Assembly: GCF_036321535.1 (NCBI RefSeq)
Contig: NC_087436.1
Location: forward strand, 112,470,001 to 112,534,000
DNA length: 64,000 nt
Reading direction: 5' to 3'
From: Camelus dromedarius
Taxonomy: Eukaryota
Below the pieces are notes generated by a model that searched no databases, had not been told where the DNA came from, and was given only the letters and a program-made list of their open reading frames with translations. Every line of letters starts with the position of its first letter. Position 1 is the stretch's first letter. Below are positions 13,875 to 26,557 of this stretch, one piece after another. The translations under genes were made by a program, and so were the position numbers.

Positions 13875-14046
13875 CAGTAGACCTTGAACAACGTGGGTTA
13901 ATCCAAGTATAACTAATTATCAGCCCTCCGTATCTGAGGATTCAACCAACCACGGACCATGTAGTAGCATAGTAATCACCACTGAAAAATACATGCATGT
14001 AAGTGGGCCCATGCAGCTCAGGCCCATGTTGCTCGTGGGCCAACCG
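13875..14046 (-). mobile_element. Tigger2-derived MITE (MER8-like), second copy
   Basis: ta|CAGTAGACCTTGAACAAC ... GTTGCTCGTGGGCCAACCG|tg degenerate TIRs; shares ccctccgtatc, aaccaac and gaccatgtagta with the copy at 9800. Confidence 0.65.
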
Positions 14047-15267
14047 TGACTGTCAGTTAATTTGAAGAGCCTCATGTGTGCAGGACCCTTGAACTGCTAG
14101 AAAATAGTTCTCTTCTCAGTGTAACTGATTGTAAGGAAGGGTTTTAGAATAAAGGGATAGTCTATTTATACATACTTTACATTGTATAAATCTATGTAAC
14201 TTTTCCATACTTATATTAGAACTTTTTTGACATTATCTTTAAGCCTGTGACTTCTTTGTTATAACTTTCAGCTTAAAATGTATACAGTTCATCTAAAGTA
14301 AAATTTGAAATTGATTGGGGAGGAATTTTGGAGATTTGATTTTCCCCTCCATCACCCGCATCTGAAAGCTTTTCTTCTGGAGAGGAGATGCTTTACTCTG
14401 TAACCTGGTGTGCAAGTGTGTGTGCCCGTGCATCTGTATTTACACACACGTGCAGCCTACACTTACATTCCGTGTGGAGTCAGGACTCGTTCATAGGACG
14501 GTGGCATGTGATTTTTTTGTACTGTCTCTGAAAGAGCGATGCTTGAGAGAATTGGACTAGATTTGGGAAGTTAAAGGACCATGTGGGAAGATTTCTTTGA
14601 GAATAGAAGCTTGTTCTAAGTGTAAATGGAGTAAAAAGTATTGTTCTAATTTAAGTAAACTATTCCATATGTAGTACAAGTATAATTCTACAGCTTGTGG
14701 CTGCTTCAGAAAGGACATCTGAGGAAGAGTCTTAATTGTCAGACATTCCTTATTATCTCACACTCCCCATCCTTGAAGAACCGGAGAGGAAAATCACTTC
14801 CAGAATAACTTTTACTTTGTGTTCTTTTCTCTCTTAAAATGCAAATTTTCTTAATTCAGAATGTGTATATCTAAGTCTCTTCTTTCAGTATTTACCAGAA
14901 TTTATTCGTTTTATTTAATAAACTTTTCTGAGGTCCTATTTCCCAAGCATTGTACGAAATGCCAGAGCTCTAGAAAGAGCAAAATAGCCGTTTTCCAGAA
15001 CTCACAGTCTAAGTGGTTGGAGGCACAGAGGTTCGTTTCTGCTTTTGTTTATTTCAAAATGGGTTGCGTATATCTTATCCCATCAGATTTATATCAGCTA
15101 GAGCTGATGGGGAAATTACAAAGAGAATAAAATGCTTCTGTAAGACTTGATTTAGAAAGCATAGTCACCTTTTTCCCCATTATAAACTTTCAAGATTTTA
15201 TAGTATTACCTATTAACATAAACTGAAAACAGGCTTAAGTTTTTTCCTTGACATCACTTACTGCTAG

Positions 15268-15365
15268 TTTTGCATGCAATTCTTATAATGGTTCAAGCAA
15301 CAACTCTCAACGTAGCTTTTAACTCACACAACAAGTCCCTGCTTACTATCATGATGTCTAATAAT
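15268..15365 (+). CDS. TAPT1: TAPT1 exon 6 equivalent
   Basis: gctag|TT TTG CAT ... AAT AAT|gtaagt; 98 nt; (F)LHAILIMVQATTLNVAFNSHNKSLLTIMMSNN. Confidence 0.96.
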
Positions 15366-15545
15366 GTAAGTATGAGATTTTATTTCACATTTTTGAGGAT
15401 ATATGGGCAGTTTAACGGCAATATTCTAGATGGGACAAAATTACTTTTTCTAAATGTTTTTTATTCTCTAGGTAGCTTTATGAGTAGCATGTCCATTTTA
15501 AAACTGTTATATTGATGACAATGATGTCTGTGTTTACTATTTCAG

Positions 15546-15615
15546 TTTGTTGAAATTAAAGGAAGTGTTTTCAAGAAGTTTGAAAAGAACAATCTTTTTC
15601 AAATGTCAAATAGCG
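15546..15615 (+). CDS. TAPT1: TAPT1 exon 7 equivalent
   Basis: ttcag|TTT GTT GAA ... AGC G|gtatgt; 70 nt; FVEIKGSVFKKFEKNNLFQMSNS. Confidence 0.96.
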
Positions 15616-16137
15616 GTATGTACAATTAGATCCTACCTGCAGCGTTTTGCAGTATTATAAGTCATTCTAAAACTCTGATGCCACAGTTCCTGTGGGCCAC
15701 TGTTTCTCTGACTTATGTTGTGCTTTCTCATTCTCTCAACATCTTTAACTAAGTTTTTTTTTTAATTACTATTTCTTTGCTTATTGTGATCTCAGGATGT
15801 TTAAGATAATGTTTTAAAAATCACAGGCATTTGTATAGCACTTTACCATACTTGCAGAAGCTTCTCATTAATCTCAGAAATTCCTTGGAAACAGTTAATA
15901 CTATTTCACTTTATGGCTGTGGAAACTGAAACACAGAGAAAGTAATTTGACTTCACCAAGGTCACTCACTTAGCTACTAAGAGTGAAACTGTGACAGTAA
16001 GCCTCAGGTTGTCTCTCGGTTCTTGGCTTTTTCTGTTTGACCTTCCTTCCTCCTTTCTAAGAAGTGTGAAGGCACAGAATTTATCCCTGGAAACATTATC
16101 TTACATAGTTAGGAAAATCAGAGGAGCATAAGGTCTT

Positions 16138-16283
16138 AGTTCTCAAAGTATGGCCTATGGAACCCTGAAGGGGAGAGTCCCTGAGTCCCTGGAGGGAAGT
16201 CTGCAAAATCAAAACTGTTTTCATAAGAATATGAGGATATTATTTATCTCTTACACCATGTTGCCATTTGCACTGTGGTAAAA
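16138..16283 (+). mobile_element. Charlie1-type hAT transposon 5' fragment
   Basis: agttctcaaagtatgg...tcaaaactgttttcataagaata...tgttgccatttgcactg resembles the recalled Charlie1 start. Confidence 0.6.
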
Positions 16284-16399
16284 ATGGGGGGTCGGTGGGG
16301 GAGTGGAAGCCAGAGAGAGGTCACCACACATCCACTGTGAATAGCTGGCCCTGTAGCCTGACGATGCCGAGCGTCAGTGACCTTGGGGAGTGACTGGCA

Positions 16400-16990
16400 T
16401 TCTCATGTGTTAGATGGCACGAGTGTAAAATACTGCAGCTACTCTGGAAAGCCTTCCGGCGGTTTCTTGTATGTTTAAATATTCACCTATCCTGTGTTCT
16501 CATCAGTGAGGACACATTTTCACTAAAAGACTTGTACAAGAGTTATTATGGCAGCTTCGCTCGTAACCAGAAACTGGCAACAACCCAAATCCTCCTATTA
16601 AGAAGAAAGTAGATAAATAAATTTTGTTATGTCCACGCTTCTCAGCAATTAGAGAAAACTACTGGTACATTCATCTGTGTGGACGTGTCTCAGAAGCCTT
16701 ACGCTGAGTGAGAAGAGGCCGGACACACAGAGTGCATACTGTGTGGTTTCATATATACGAGGTTTATGATCAGACAATGAATTTATGATGATAGATGAAG
16801 AAGAGTGCTTGCTTCCTAGGGTGGGGATAGGCCGGGACAGGGGCGGTACAAGGGAATGTGCTGTAGTGATGGAACCGCTCTGTGTTTTAATTATGGGGAT
16901 GGTGGCCTAGGGTATGTATTCATCAAAACTTATCAGATTGTACACTTAAGAGTAAAATTTCACTGTGTATAAACTTTACCTCTATGTTAG
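16400..16990 (+). mobile_element. Old L1 (L1M) 3' remnant
   Basis: gtaaaatactgcagctactctggaaa...aactggcaacaacccaaat...gctgagtgagagaaggcc...catcaaaacttatcagattgtacacttaag. Confidence 0.7.
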
Positions 16991-19768
16991 ACAAGGAAAA
17001 TAATGGCGTATGAATAAATTAAAGCAAATGAATGTTTAGAGCTATAGGAGATTTGAAAACTAGGCTAGAAACAAAAAGAAGAAATGAAGAACTTCAGACA
17101 GTTCTGCGGGACAGCGATAGACTGTAGGTCACAGAGCTCTGAGGGGCAGTCTGGGCTGTGTCTCTCTGTGCAGCAGCGTTCTTCCTCAGGTGTGCGCTGC
17201 CCAGCCCTGTGAACCTGAAACGGGAGAGGAGGGGAGGGGAGGGCTATGTTATAGGATTTTTTTTTTCTCAGCTTCAAGAATTAATTATACAATATGTTAA
17301 TTCAACTATAAAAATTTCACTTGTAGCAGAAATCATTACTTTTATTAATAACCTGATTTTAGTAGGGTCTCTTTATAGAGCTTTAAACTAGACAAGCAGT
17401 TCTTTAAGTTTTAAGGGTTTTCAGTCTTTATATATCATGAGGAGGAGATTATGAATGATTTTTAACCTTATCACTAATATGTTGATGTAATTAATATCCC
17501 CTTTTCTTTCTTTTATGAGCTGGTCCCCCAGATTATAATCTCTTACTTTAGAAGGATTAGAGACTCAATATTTCAGTTTTAAGAAAACTCTGAAAACAGC
17601 GGCATGTGGACCAGGCAGTGCATATCAGTTTACAAGAAATTCAGGAGTATATTTTGGCTTAGAATGGTTAGTAACCAGCATGAAAAGTTTTACTTTTTAT
17701 TAAAGGTAAAGTAGTTCATGTTACAGTGCAGGGTGCTCTGTATTGTGCTGCCTTCTATCTTCAGCAAGTTTTATAAGAAATTAATTTTACCTCGAGTAGC
17801 TTTTAAAACCCATTCCCAAGTAAGAAGGAAAAATCCGTCCTAGACAATCTCGCTGGTGTTGCATGCGGTGCTCAGATACTAAAGGGGTGGATAAGGAGTC
17901 ACTGGAGCCTACTTTTCACAAGGTGACTGGGTTTATTGCCTCCTCCACATGCATTAGCAGCTGTGAGATGAGAACCAGCCCAAAGGATGCCGCTGGTCAC
18001 ACACCAGCTCCTTCTTTTCCTGTGAATTTCTCTGAGACTTTGAGCTGCTGTGTGTGTAGGATCAAATTCAGTGCCTTGTGCTAGTTTACTGTTGAAAACT
18101 TGGTTTGGAAATTTTAGTGACTTTATCCCTTTCAGCTTATTACCTGACTGTACAGTTTCTTTAAGGGAATTGCCTGAGGACACATGAAATGGAGTTCAGT
18201 TAATAAAACCCAGCTTTCAACAGTTTATTTTTTCTTTCACTTCATGTTAGTGTAAGTACCAGAGTATTGGAACCTAGGCCTTTCTGATTTGCATTCTTAA
18301 AATGAAAATTTTTATGCCGTTAATAACCCATTGATAATGTGAACTGTACATTCAGAAAGATCCTGCAGGAGTTACATTGATCTGCACTCAGGTCCCATCC
18401 CAGGGTGCTTCTGTTTCACTCAGCATAAGCCTGTATAACTGCATTAACTTGAATGACTGTTGGAAGTGAAATAGTTACTTATTTCCTGTTTAAAATGCAA
18501 TTGTAACTACGTTAAAGTATATCCCCCTTAGTGGTAACATAGAAGAGAAAAGGGAGCTTCATAATCTGCAGATCAGAAATCTAAAATTTTTAAAGTATTA
18601 GTCACCAGTGTTTTTAAGCTCCTTAATAGTGGTTAAGAGAAGACATTTCCATTTTGATAGAAGTTTTCATTTTTTAATTAATGTAAGAGTTCTGTCCAAG
18701 TCAAAACTTTGTTCTGAAGATGAGATATGATGTAAATAAGTTGTTAATTGCCTTATTTATCTAGTAAAAACGTTAGATTATCATTAGAATCTGTTATTTT
18801 CCAAAAAAACTTCATTTCCTTATATAAGGTTTTATTTCATTCTGGAGTAACTTTTTCAGAATTTTAGTATACTTTAATAATGCTCAAATTTTAAAAGTCA
18901 AATCTTGGCTTCAAAATGTATGTAAATCATTTAAATGTAAAAAACTAAATTGTGAAAGTACAAAAATGAAACATTTTTTAAATATTTGCATAACAACCTC
19001 ATTTTCATAGTTAGATTGATAAATGAGTGCTTTTTTGTGCTGCTTTTCTTTTTAATCTTTAAACTTAAACCACTTTTCATATCCTTCATAGTGTAAAATT
19101 GCATTTATCTACCAAAAGTTACCAGTTTTTATTAATCTCTACAGTATTTTGAAATAGTCTGCTTTTCTAAAATCTATTTTGCCTTAAATATTCCCCTAAG
19201 ATGGACTTTCACTCCTTTTATGGTGTCCTTAGAATTGAAATGATTATGGGTTTCCTCTATGCTGCCACCTGCCCTGTGTCCAAGAGTCAAAAAATGTGAT
19301 TGATTTAAACACTGCTATTGTTTTTGTTTTATTAGAGTTTTTAAAATTATGTTGGCTTGTCTCAAATAATGTTTTAAATTTCTCAAGGTGATTTCTTTCC
19401 AGATAATTCTACAGTGAACCAAGTCAGTATCATATGTCCCTGCTTAGTAGGAGGGTCAGAAATAAGTACATTGCTTTGCTAAATTTGTTTATAGAAATTA
19501 GAAATTCAGGGGACTTAACACACTATTGATGCGGCTTTGTGAATAATTTTACAGAATTCCATTAAAGGTACTTTGACAGATTTGCTTAATCCCATGAATT
19601 AAGTTCCACAGTTGACTGTACATAAATAGCAGAGGATAAATTTTGTTTTAGATTATGGTGGAAATTGTTTTAGGACAGACTTTCCTTAGCTTCCTTTAAC
19701 CGGTGTTCCCTTTTGACATCACAAAATAAGTTGAACATGTGATCTAGAACTAGTCACACCATGTGTAC

Positions 19769-19895
19769 TTTTTTTTTTTTATTGAAGTACGGTTGATTTA
19801 CAGTGTTGCGTTAATTTCTGGGGACAGCACGGTGATTTGGTTACACGGCTGTTACAGGGTTCCCTGTGCTGTACAGTTGGACCTTGTTGTCTGTA
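19769..19895 (-). mobile_element. Short L1 3'-end-derived insertion
   Basis: poly-T, then attgaagtacggttgatttacagtgttg...ttccctgtgctgtacagttggaccttgttg (artiodactyl-type L1 3' terminus, internally shortened). Confidence 0.65.
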
Positions 19896-20453
19896 ACACG
19901 TGTTCGTTAAACCCCTGCATGTGCTTCCTTCAAGGGGGCGTGCCTGTGCTCTTCACCTCGAGACTCACTGTACTGTGAGTTTATACCCCAAAATATGGTA
20001 TTTCACAGGAAGTGACTCTCTAGTTTTCATAATAGAACAGCAAGTTGTGCCCACTGGCTTTTGAAGAAGTAAGGAGACAGCTCAGACTCCTTACAGACAA
20101 GGGCTGGGATCTGAGCTCCCCTAGAAAAGAGGTGCTGCGACTGACTGGGAAGCAGTTAGTCATCTCGGGAAGGCACGTGGAGGACACCAGCTTGCTTGTG
20201 GAGACCGGGTGTAGCTGTAGATAAGAGTCCAGATCATTTGCTGTAGAGCAACGGAGAGCAGTCCCAGGAAGGGCTTCAAGGTGAAGCTGAAATGCAGAGG
20301 GGCTCTGGGGCCCCACGGGAGGCCCTGGATGACCGAGGTGCTGGGCTATTAGGGGAGTGACAGCAGATGCATACAGGCGTTCGAGATGGTTCCTAGGCGC
20401 ATGATGGCCTAGCCACAGCTCCCATCACTGCGTAGACGCAGCACGTGGGCATG

Positions 20454-20785
20454 GCAACTGACTGTACTTCAATTAAAAAAATAAAATAAACCAGCAAACA
20501 AACAAAAAATACTACAGAGCTACAAAAAATCAGAACAGCGTGGTAAAAACAGACATATGGATCAATGGAACAGAATAGAGGGCCCAGAAATAAACCCACA
20601 GACTTTTGGTCAATTAACCTTCTACAAAGGAGGCAAGAATATACAATGGAGAAAAGTCTCTTCAGCAAGTGGTGTTGGGGTAACTGGACAGCAGCATGTA
20701 AATCAGTGAAGTTAGAACACTCCCTCACACCACACACAGGGATAAACTCAGAATGGCTTAAAGACTGACATATAAGACAAGACAC
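20454..20785 (+). mobile_element. L1 3' tail abutting an L1 ORF2 internal fragment
   Basis: caactgactgtacttcaattaaaaaa tail, then tactacagagctac...atcaatggaacagaatagag...[37 protein letters not shown] (ORF2-like, frameshifted). Confidence 0.85.
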
Positions 20786-21503
20786 TCACTGCAGACATGG
20801 ATTTATTTCATTCCATTTCTCTATTACAGCGTATCTTAGACTGTGATAAGGTAACAGCTTAAAGAGTGAACTGTGTAAACTAGCCTTTAGCAGGAATTTA
20901 GTTATTTGCTTTTTTTTAAAATTCATTCAGGCTAAGCTCAGAGTACTTAGTAACTTATGGTAAATATCCTCTTGAAATCTAATTTTGAGCTTGTTTCACT
21001 CCCCTAAGTTCCACATATACCCTAAGAAATGCTATTGTAATACTGATGCTTTCTTGGCTAAAGAATTTACCAAGGTTGGTACTTGGGTATTTATTATTGA
21101 CCAGATTGGAAATAATCTAGAAAGCAGGGGTTTTATACTACCCAGAGTCTTGTATTTTGCTTTCTGCTTCTATTTTTTTCTTTGTCTGTAAAATGAAAAC
21201 TTTCCATATGTCCCCAAAGACTGTTGGAGGAATCTGACTCAATCTGAGCAGATTGATGGTTTGAGTATTTTATTGAAGTTTGTAGAAAACTGGAATTTCC
21301 ATACCAGAATTATGCTAGTGAAAGAAGTAAATGGCTTAACCAGTGTAGCACCACCTGTATTTAAAATAGTATATTTATTTTACAGACATTTACACATAAA
21401 ATAATAACTTTATCATGTTCTGACTAAAGGAAAAATATTTTATATATGTACTAAATTATTATGTTATTTATATGCACTATAGTATTTGTTAAATTTTTTT
21501 CAG

Positions 21504-21584
21504 ATATTAAGGAACGATTCACAAATTACGTGCTTTTGCTAATAGTGTGTCTAAGAAACATGGAACAGTTTTCTTGGAACCCAG
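21504..21584 (+). CDS. TAPT1: TAPT1 exon 8 equivalent
   Basis: tttcag|AT ATT AAG ... CCA G|gtaagt; 81 nt; (D)IKERFTNYVLLLIVCLRNMEQFSWNP. Confidence 0.96.
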
Positions 21585-23671
21585 GTAAGTAACTCTTAAC
21601 AAATACAATGCCTTCTAATTTTACTCTTGAACCAAAAAGCATACTTTTTGTGGAATAAAATGAGTTTTGCAGAAAACTTCAAAAACCTTTAGCTGTTCCA
21701 CTCTCTCGGTCCAGTAGGTGGGTTGAGTGTGCTCCATGTGTGGTGGGGACCTTTGGCTCCTCATTTCCCACAAACCACCCGATGTCTCTAGAGCTGTGTC
21801 CCAGTGTCGGGTGGACCCTGCTGGGCACTGCAGCCGCCAAGCCTCTCGGCTTATTTTTTATCCGTAGCGTGCTGTGGCTCTGTGAGTACAGTCTGGTCTT
21901 TCTCGTTTTAGGGGTTCACCAGGAGCCCCTAACATTTGTCTTTTACTCATTCACTGCCTGTGAATTAGCATTTTCAATGAAGATAAATAGAATGTAAGCA
22001 GTAAACTTTGTTACTTATACATCTCTGAATCAAGGCTGACCAGAAGTAGTTGTGATTCCATGAATTTTCGTCAGTTCTTCAGCCAGCAGACATTCACCGT
22101 GTACAGTCCGTGCTGGGCGCTGTGGCGCAGGTGCAGGGGACTGAGATAGTGAGAGACTTGGGCTCACAGACGAAGTAGACAGGTCATCGCAGTCTGGTGG
22201 CGCTGAAGTGAGCTCGGTGGAAATGATCATGTATCTCAAATTGAGAAATTTTTATGTCTGACATTTTTGTACAGCCTTGTTCTTAAGGACGAGATAGTTT
22301 TGCAGTTTATTTAATACTCCCAATACCATGCATGTTAAGGGATTTAATACCTTCTTATTAATTTATTTAGATTCATTGCTAGTTTTCAAGTATGTGTGAA
22401 AAATCAGAAACAGATGCAGAATGAGATATATGATCTTAGAAATACATTTCCAGACATTGTTTTCTTATAGAAACCTAAACTCAAGTGGTATATCTTACAG
22501 TGGCTTGAATTCTAATCGGAACAGGTCCAAAGGCTACTTGACTTGTGGAGGCAAAGCCCCTCCTCCACACATACACCCAGATTCTCTGCGTATCTGAATC
22601 CTGAGTTTGTATCCAAGGCAGCTAACAGAATGTCCATGGCAGACAGAGTAGTGGGTGTGTGTGGCTGGTCCCAGCAGAGCCCACTGGGGTCAGCAGTCCT
22701 AAAGCAGGGGTATGGTGCCGGAGGACAGCGATCCCTAAGCCTGCTGACAGCTGGATGTTTTGAAGTCATGTTCTCACTTGTACTTGACTTTCAACAAATT
22801 ATCTTACATTTTCTTCATCACTAATGTGCACAAAGTCTGATAAGAGGAACACATCTTTGTTGATAAATTCATCTTTCTTCCATTCTTTTTTAGTTTTTCT
22901 TAAAAAAAAATTTTAAACCAAAATACCACTTATGTAATCTTGCCTAAGCTCCCAAGATGGTGCTGAACGTACAAAACCAGCACTCGCCTTTTGTGTGCCG
23001 GGCCCACTGCTCTGCATGTACATCATCGTCTCGTCTAATTCTCCTGATGGTGACGTGTAGATACTTTTATCTTGTAGCTGAGGAGACTGGCACTTAGATA
23101 ATGGCCCATGTCATCTAGCCCGTCCGTGGCAGAGTTTACTGTTGAAAGAGGCTCCCTGATTCCCCAAACCTCAGCGTGGTGTCAGACTCGCTGAGACTGC
23201 CTCGCCTGTCCCGCACCGCTGCCTGTCACCACCGCCTCCCAGCTGCCCAGGTCCCGGACTGCCTGGTCCAGTCAACATTTCTGACCTGTTTCTTTCTCTG
23301 TCCCACTTTTATATCCTTTTTCAAGGTCTAAGGAGGTTATCTGTTTGCATCTTTTATCAGGTACTTGGTACTAAGTTGAAGTTTTAATACATATGGTAAA
23401 GGTGAGCAAATTTGATAAATTACATCTGTAAGACAGTGAAACAAATAATTGACCAATATCTTTAAATCATAGTGACCAGGGAGGGAAAAAATATTGTCCA
23501 CTTGGCTTAAGCACATGTTCCTACTAGTTATTTACTGTCACACTGAGGCAGCCAGAGTCACAGGATTTTACAAGGAGCCTGGTCATGACAGCAGTCGTCC
23601 CCTGCTGGCCCAGGAAGGTGGTGCTTGACACAGAGAAGGCACAGGATAAATACTTGTTGAATGACTTACCC

Positions 23672-24286
23672 TTTTTTTTGAGCATTGAGGGGTTTTTATT
23701 TTTATTTTTTAACATTTTTTATTGAGCTACAATCATTTTGCAATGTTGTGTCAAATTCCAGTGAAGAGCACAATTTTTCAGTTATACATGAACATATATA
23801 TATTCATTGTCACATTTTTTTCTCTGTGAGCAACCATAAGATCTTGTGTATATTTCCCTGTGCTATACAGTATAATCTTGTTTATCTATTCTACATTTTG
23901 AAATCCCGGCCTGTCCCTTCCCACCCTCCGCCCCCTTGGCAACCACAAGTTTGTATTCTATGTCTATGATTCTGTTTCTGATTTGTATTTATGTTTTTGT
24001 TTTTGTTTTTTTTTTAGATTCCACATATGAGCGATCTCATGTGGTATTTTTCTTTCTCTCTCTGGCTTACTTCATTTAGACTGACATTCTCCAGGAACAT
24101 CCATGTTGCTGCAAATGGCGTTATGTTGTCGGTTTTTATGGCTGAATAGTATTCCATTGTATAAATATACCACCTCTTCTCTATCCAGTCATCTGTTGAT
24201 GGACATTTAGGCTGTCTCCGTGTCTTGGCTATTGTAAACAGTGCTGCTGTGAACATTGGGGTGCAGGTGTCATCCTGAAGTAGGGA
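23672..24286 (-). mobile_element. 5'-truncated young L1 (camelid-type) with TSD
   Basis: Intact ORF2 C-terminus (FTAALFTIAKT..QPKCPSTDDWI..WYIYTMEYYSAIK...SLICGI*, 24014-24256), 3' UTR and A-tail; TSD AATGACTTA at 23660 and 24287; TTTT/AA nick motif at 24298-24303. Confidence 0.93.
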
Positions 24287-24488
24287 AATGACTTATCTTT
24301 TAACTTGATAAAATATGGCTCTTTTTATGATTAATTGAATGCTGGTTCTCTCTGTTACCACTTGTTGAAAACATTACAGTCTTGCCCTGTGGAGATTTCT
24401 GACATCTGCCATGGTGGCCTGTGATGGGATATTATGGACTCTGTTCATTCTAAGAGATTTAATTGTCTCTTTTCCCTCCACTTTATAG

Positions 24489-24598
24489 ATCATCTCTGGG
24501 TGTTGTTTCCAGATGTCTGTATGGTGATTGCATCGGAAATCGCTGTGGATATTGTAAAACATGCCTTTATCACAAAGTTCAATGACATTACTGCAGAT
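24489..24598 (+). CDS. TAPT1: TAPT1 exon 9 equivalent
   Basis: ttatag|AT CAT CTC ... GCA GAT|gtaagt; 110 nt; (D)HLWVLFPDVCMVIASEIAVDIVKHAFITKFNDITAD. Confidence 0.96.
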
Positions 24599-26024
24599 GT
24601 AAGTATTTCAATAAGCAATTCAATGTTTAGTGTTGACTTCTGATTAATAATAGAAAGCTGTAGAGTAGCCAGTTTAAATTTACTGCATTTATGAAGATAG
24701 TAGGAGAGTACTACCACTTTAAAGTTAGAATTATAATTTTTAATTTCTAAAAATAAATATACTACTGAAAGTACATTATTTCAGTATTGAACAGTTCTGG
24801 TTCCACACATTTGGATGGAGAAATAGATTGGCCAGTAGCTGAGGTTAGGGTGTGGCTAACTCAGAATCATTATAAACTGATAATACCATCATAGTCTGTT
24901 TACTTAAGCTTTTAAAAATCACATTGTTTCTATTTAAAACATCAGACTATCAAAACTTTTCTCTCTGGCTAGATTTTTTTTAATATTTTATATTTAAAAA
25001 TTGTTTTTTGTGTGTGATTAAGAATAGGTTTCTGATAAGCTCTAGAAGACAAGAGCCTTATGTTTTACTAGTGGAAGCATTTGATGGAACGTTGAGAAAT
25101 TTGTTTTATATTGTAACCAGACAGTCTGTAGAATTTCCAGAAATAGATATGTGGCTCTAGGCTCATTGTAAATAAAACATCGGCTAGTTTTCTAGTGCAT
25201 TTCTCAATCCTACCTCAGGCCCAAAATGAACAGTAATGTCACCAGTTGTCTAGATTTGATTTGGATTGTACTTTGTCTTACTCTGATGCTTTTTGTTTTA
25301 TTTCAAAAGGCAAAAATTTAAGTTGTAATGCAGCTGCAACTGCATCAATACGATGATTGGATTATGGGGTTTCTGAATGTTTTAATATACTTGAATAAAA
25401 TGTGATTTTGCACTTTTTTTGCAAAGCACCAATAAAGTAATTTCACCCTTTACTCTTCTCAGCTTCCTCAAAGTAGAAATCCCTTTTCATGGAATCATTT
25501 TCTCAGCATCTGAAGTCAAAATCAATAGGCTTGACTAAAATACTTAGTGCAGTTTTTAGTGGAAATGATAGTTTACAAGTGCCTTCATAACCACTGTGTT
25601 CCCTAACTCAGGTTTACATCAGGCTTAACATTCATTTTTCTAAGAAGACATCATTATTGTTAGATATACAATAATAAATGTTTAAACTGTTCATTTAATT
25701 TAAAATTTCAGAATTATTTTGTATATCTTACACTACTTAAAAGAAACACTATTCCCAAAATTCTGAACTCTCAGGATCATAATCATTGAATATTTATCCC
25801 TCTTTGAAGAGAAACCTTTAAAAGGCCTGAGAACTTAACAGTTGGGGAATTGAGGCTATGTTTTACCCTTTTTTGTAGGAAAGCAAATAGAGAAACACTA
25901 CCCGGATGTGGCTTGGTTATTACACACTCCTCCTAGCTAGCTATTGAACATTTCATCTACAGAGTAAATCTTTCCACGTTGTATATTTGCACTGTATTAA
26001 TGCTTCACTCTTACTTGCCTTTAG

Positions 26025-26084
26025 GTCTACAGTGAATATAGAGCCAGCCTCGCTTTTGACCTTGTTAGCAGTCGACAGAAGAAT
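26025..26084 (+). CDS. TAPT1: TAPT1 exon 10 equivalent
   Basis: ctttag|GTC TAC ... AAG AAT|gtgagc; 60 nt; VYSEYRASLAFDLVSSRQKN. Confidence 0.96.
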
Positions 26085-26488
26085 GTGAGCATTATATCAA
26101 AGACATAGTCTGAAATTAACCAAACAGTGGTTTGATTTAGCATGGGATATTAATTAAGGGAAAGCTATCGTAAATTTAAACTTCCTACTTATCTCTGTTC
26201 TTGACACTAAATGTTTATGAAATAATAAAAATAATACTAATACTTACTAATACTTAATATTAAATAGGGTATGATTTCTGCAGCTCTGGAACAGTTATGC
26301 AACTTTGTATTTTAAACTTCTTATAAACATTCAGATTTCCATATCACTTCACTAAATTACGTAGTAGGTGCTAGGTTCTCTTCTTGCTCATGGCCTCACC
26401 TGTTTAGAACATGTACTGTTGGTGAGTGAATAGTACTTTTTAAATGCTGTTTAAATCCCATAAATCCTGTTCTCCTTTCTCCGTCTAG

Positions 26489-26557
26489 GCGTATACTGAT
26501 TACAGTGACTCCGTGGCGCGGAGGATGGGGTTCATTCCTCTCCCACTGGCTGTTCTA
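26489..26557 (+). CDS. TAPT1: TAPT1 exon 11 equivalent
   Basis: gtctag|GCG TAT ... GTT CTA|gtaagt; 69 nt; AYTDYSDSVARRMGFIPLPLAVL. Confidence 0.96.

Larger units (their letters stand above)
13670..15267 (+). other. TAPT1: U12-type (minor spliceosome) GT-AG intron of TAPT1
   Basis: Donor GTATCCTTT; branch site TTCCTTGAC at 15244-15252 with its A 16 nt before the end of the intron; no pyrimidine tract between branch site and AG. Confidence 0.92.
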
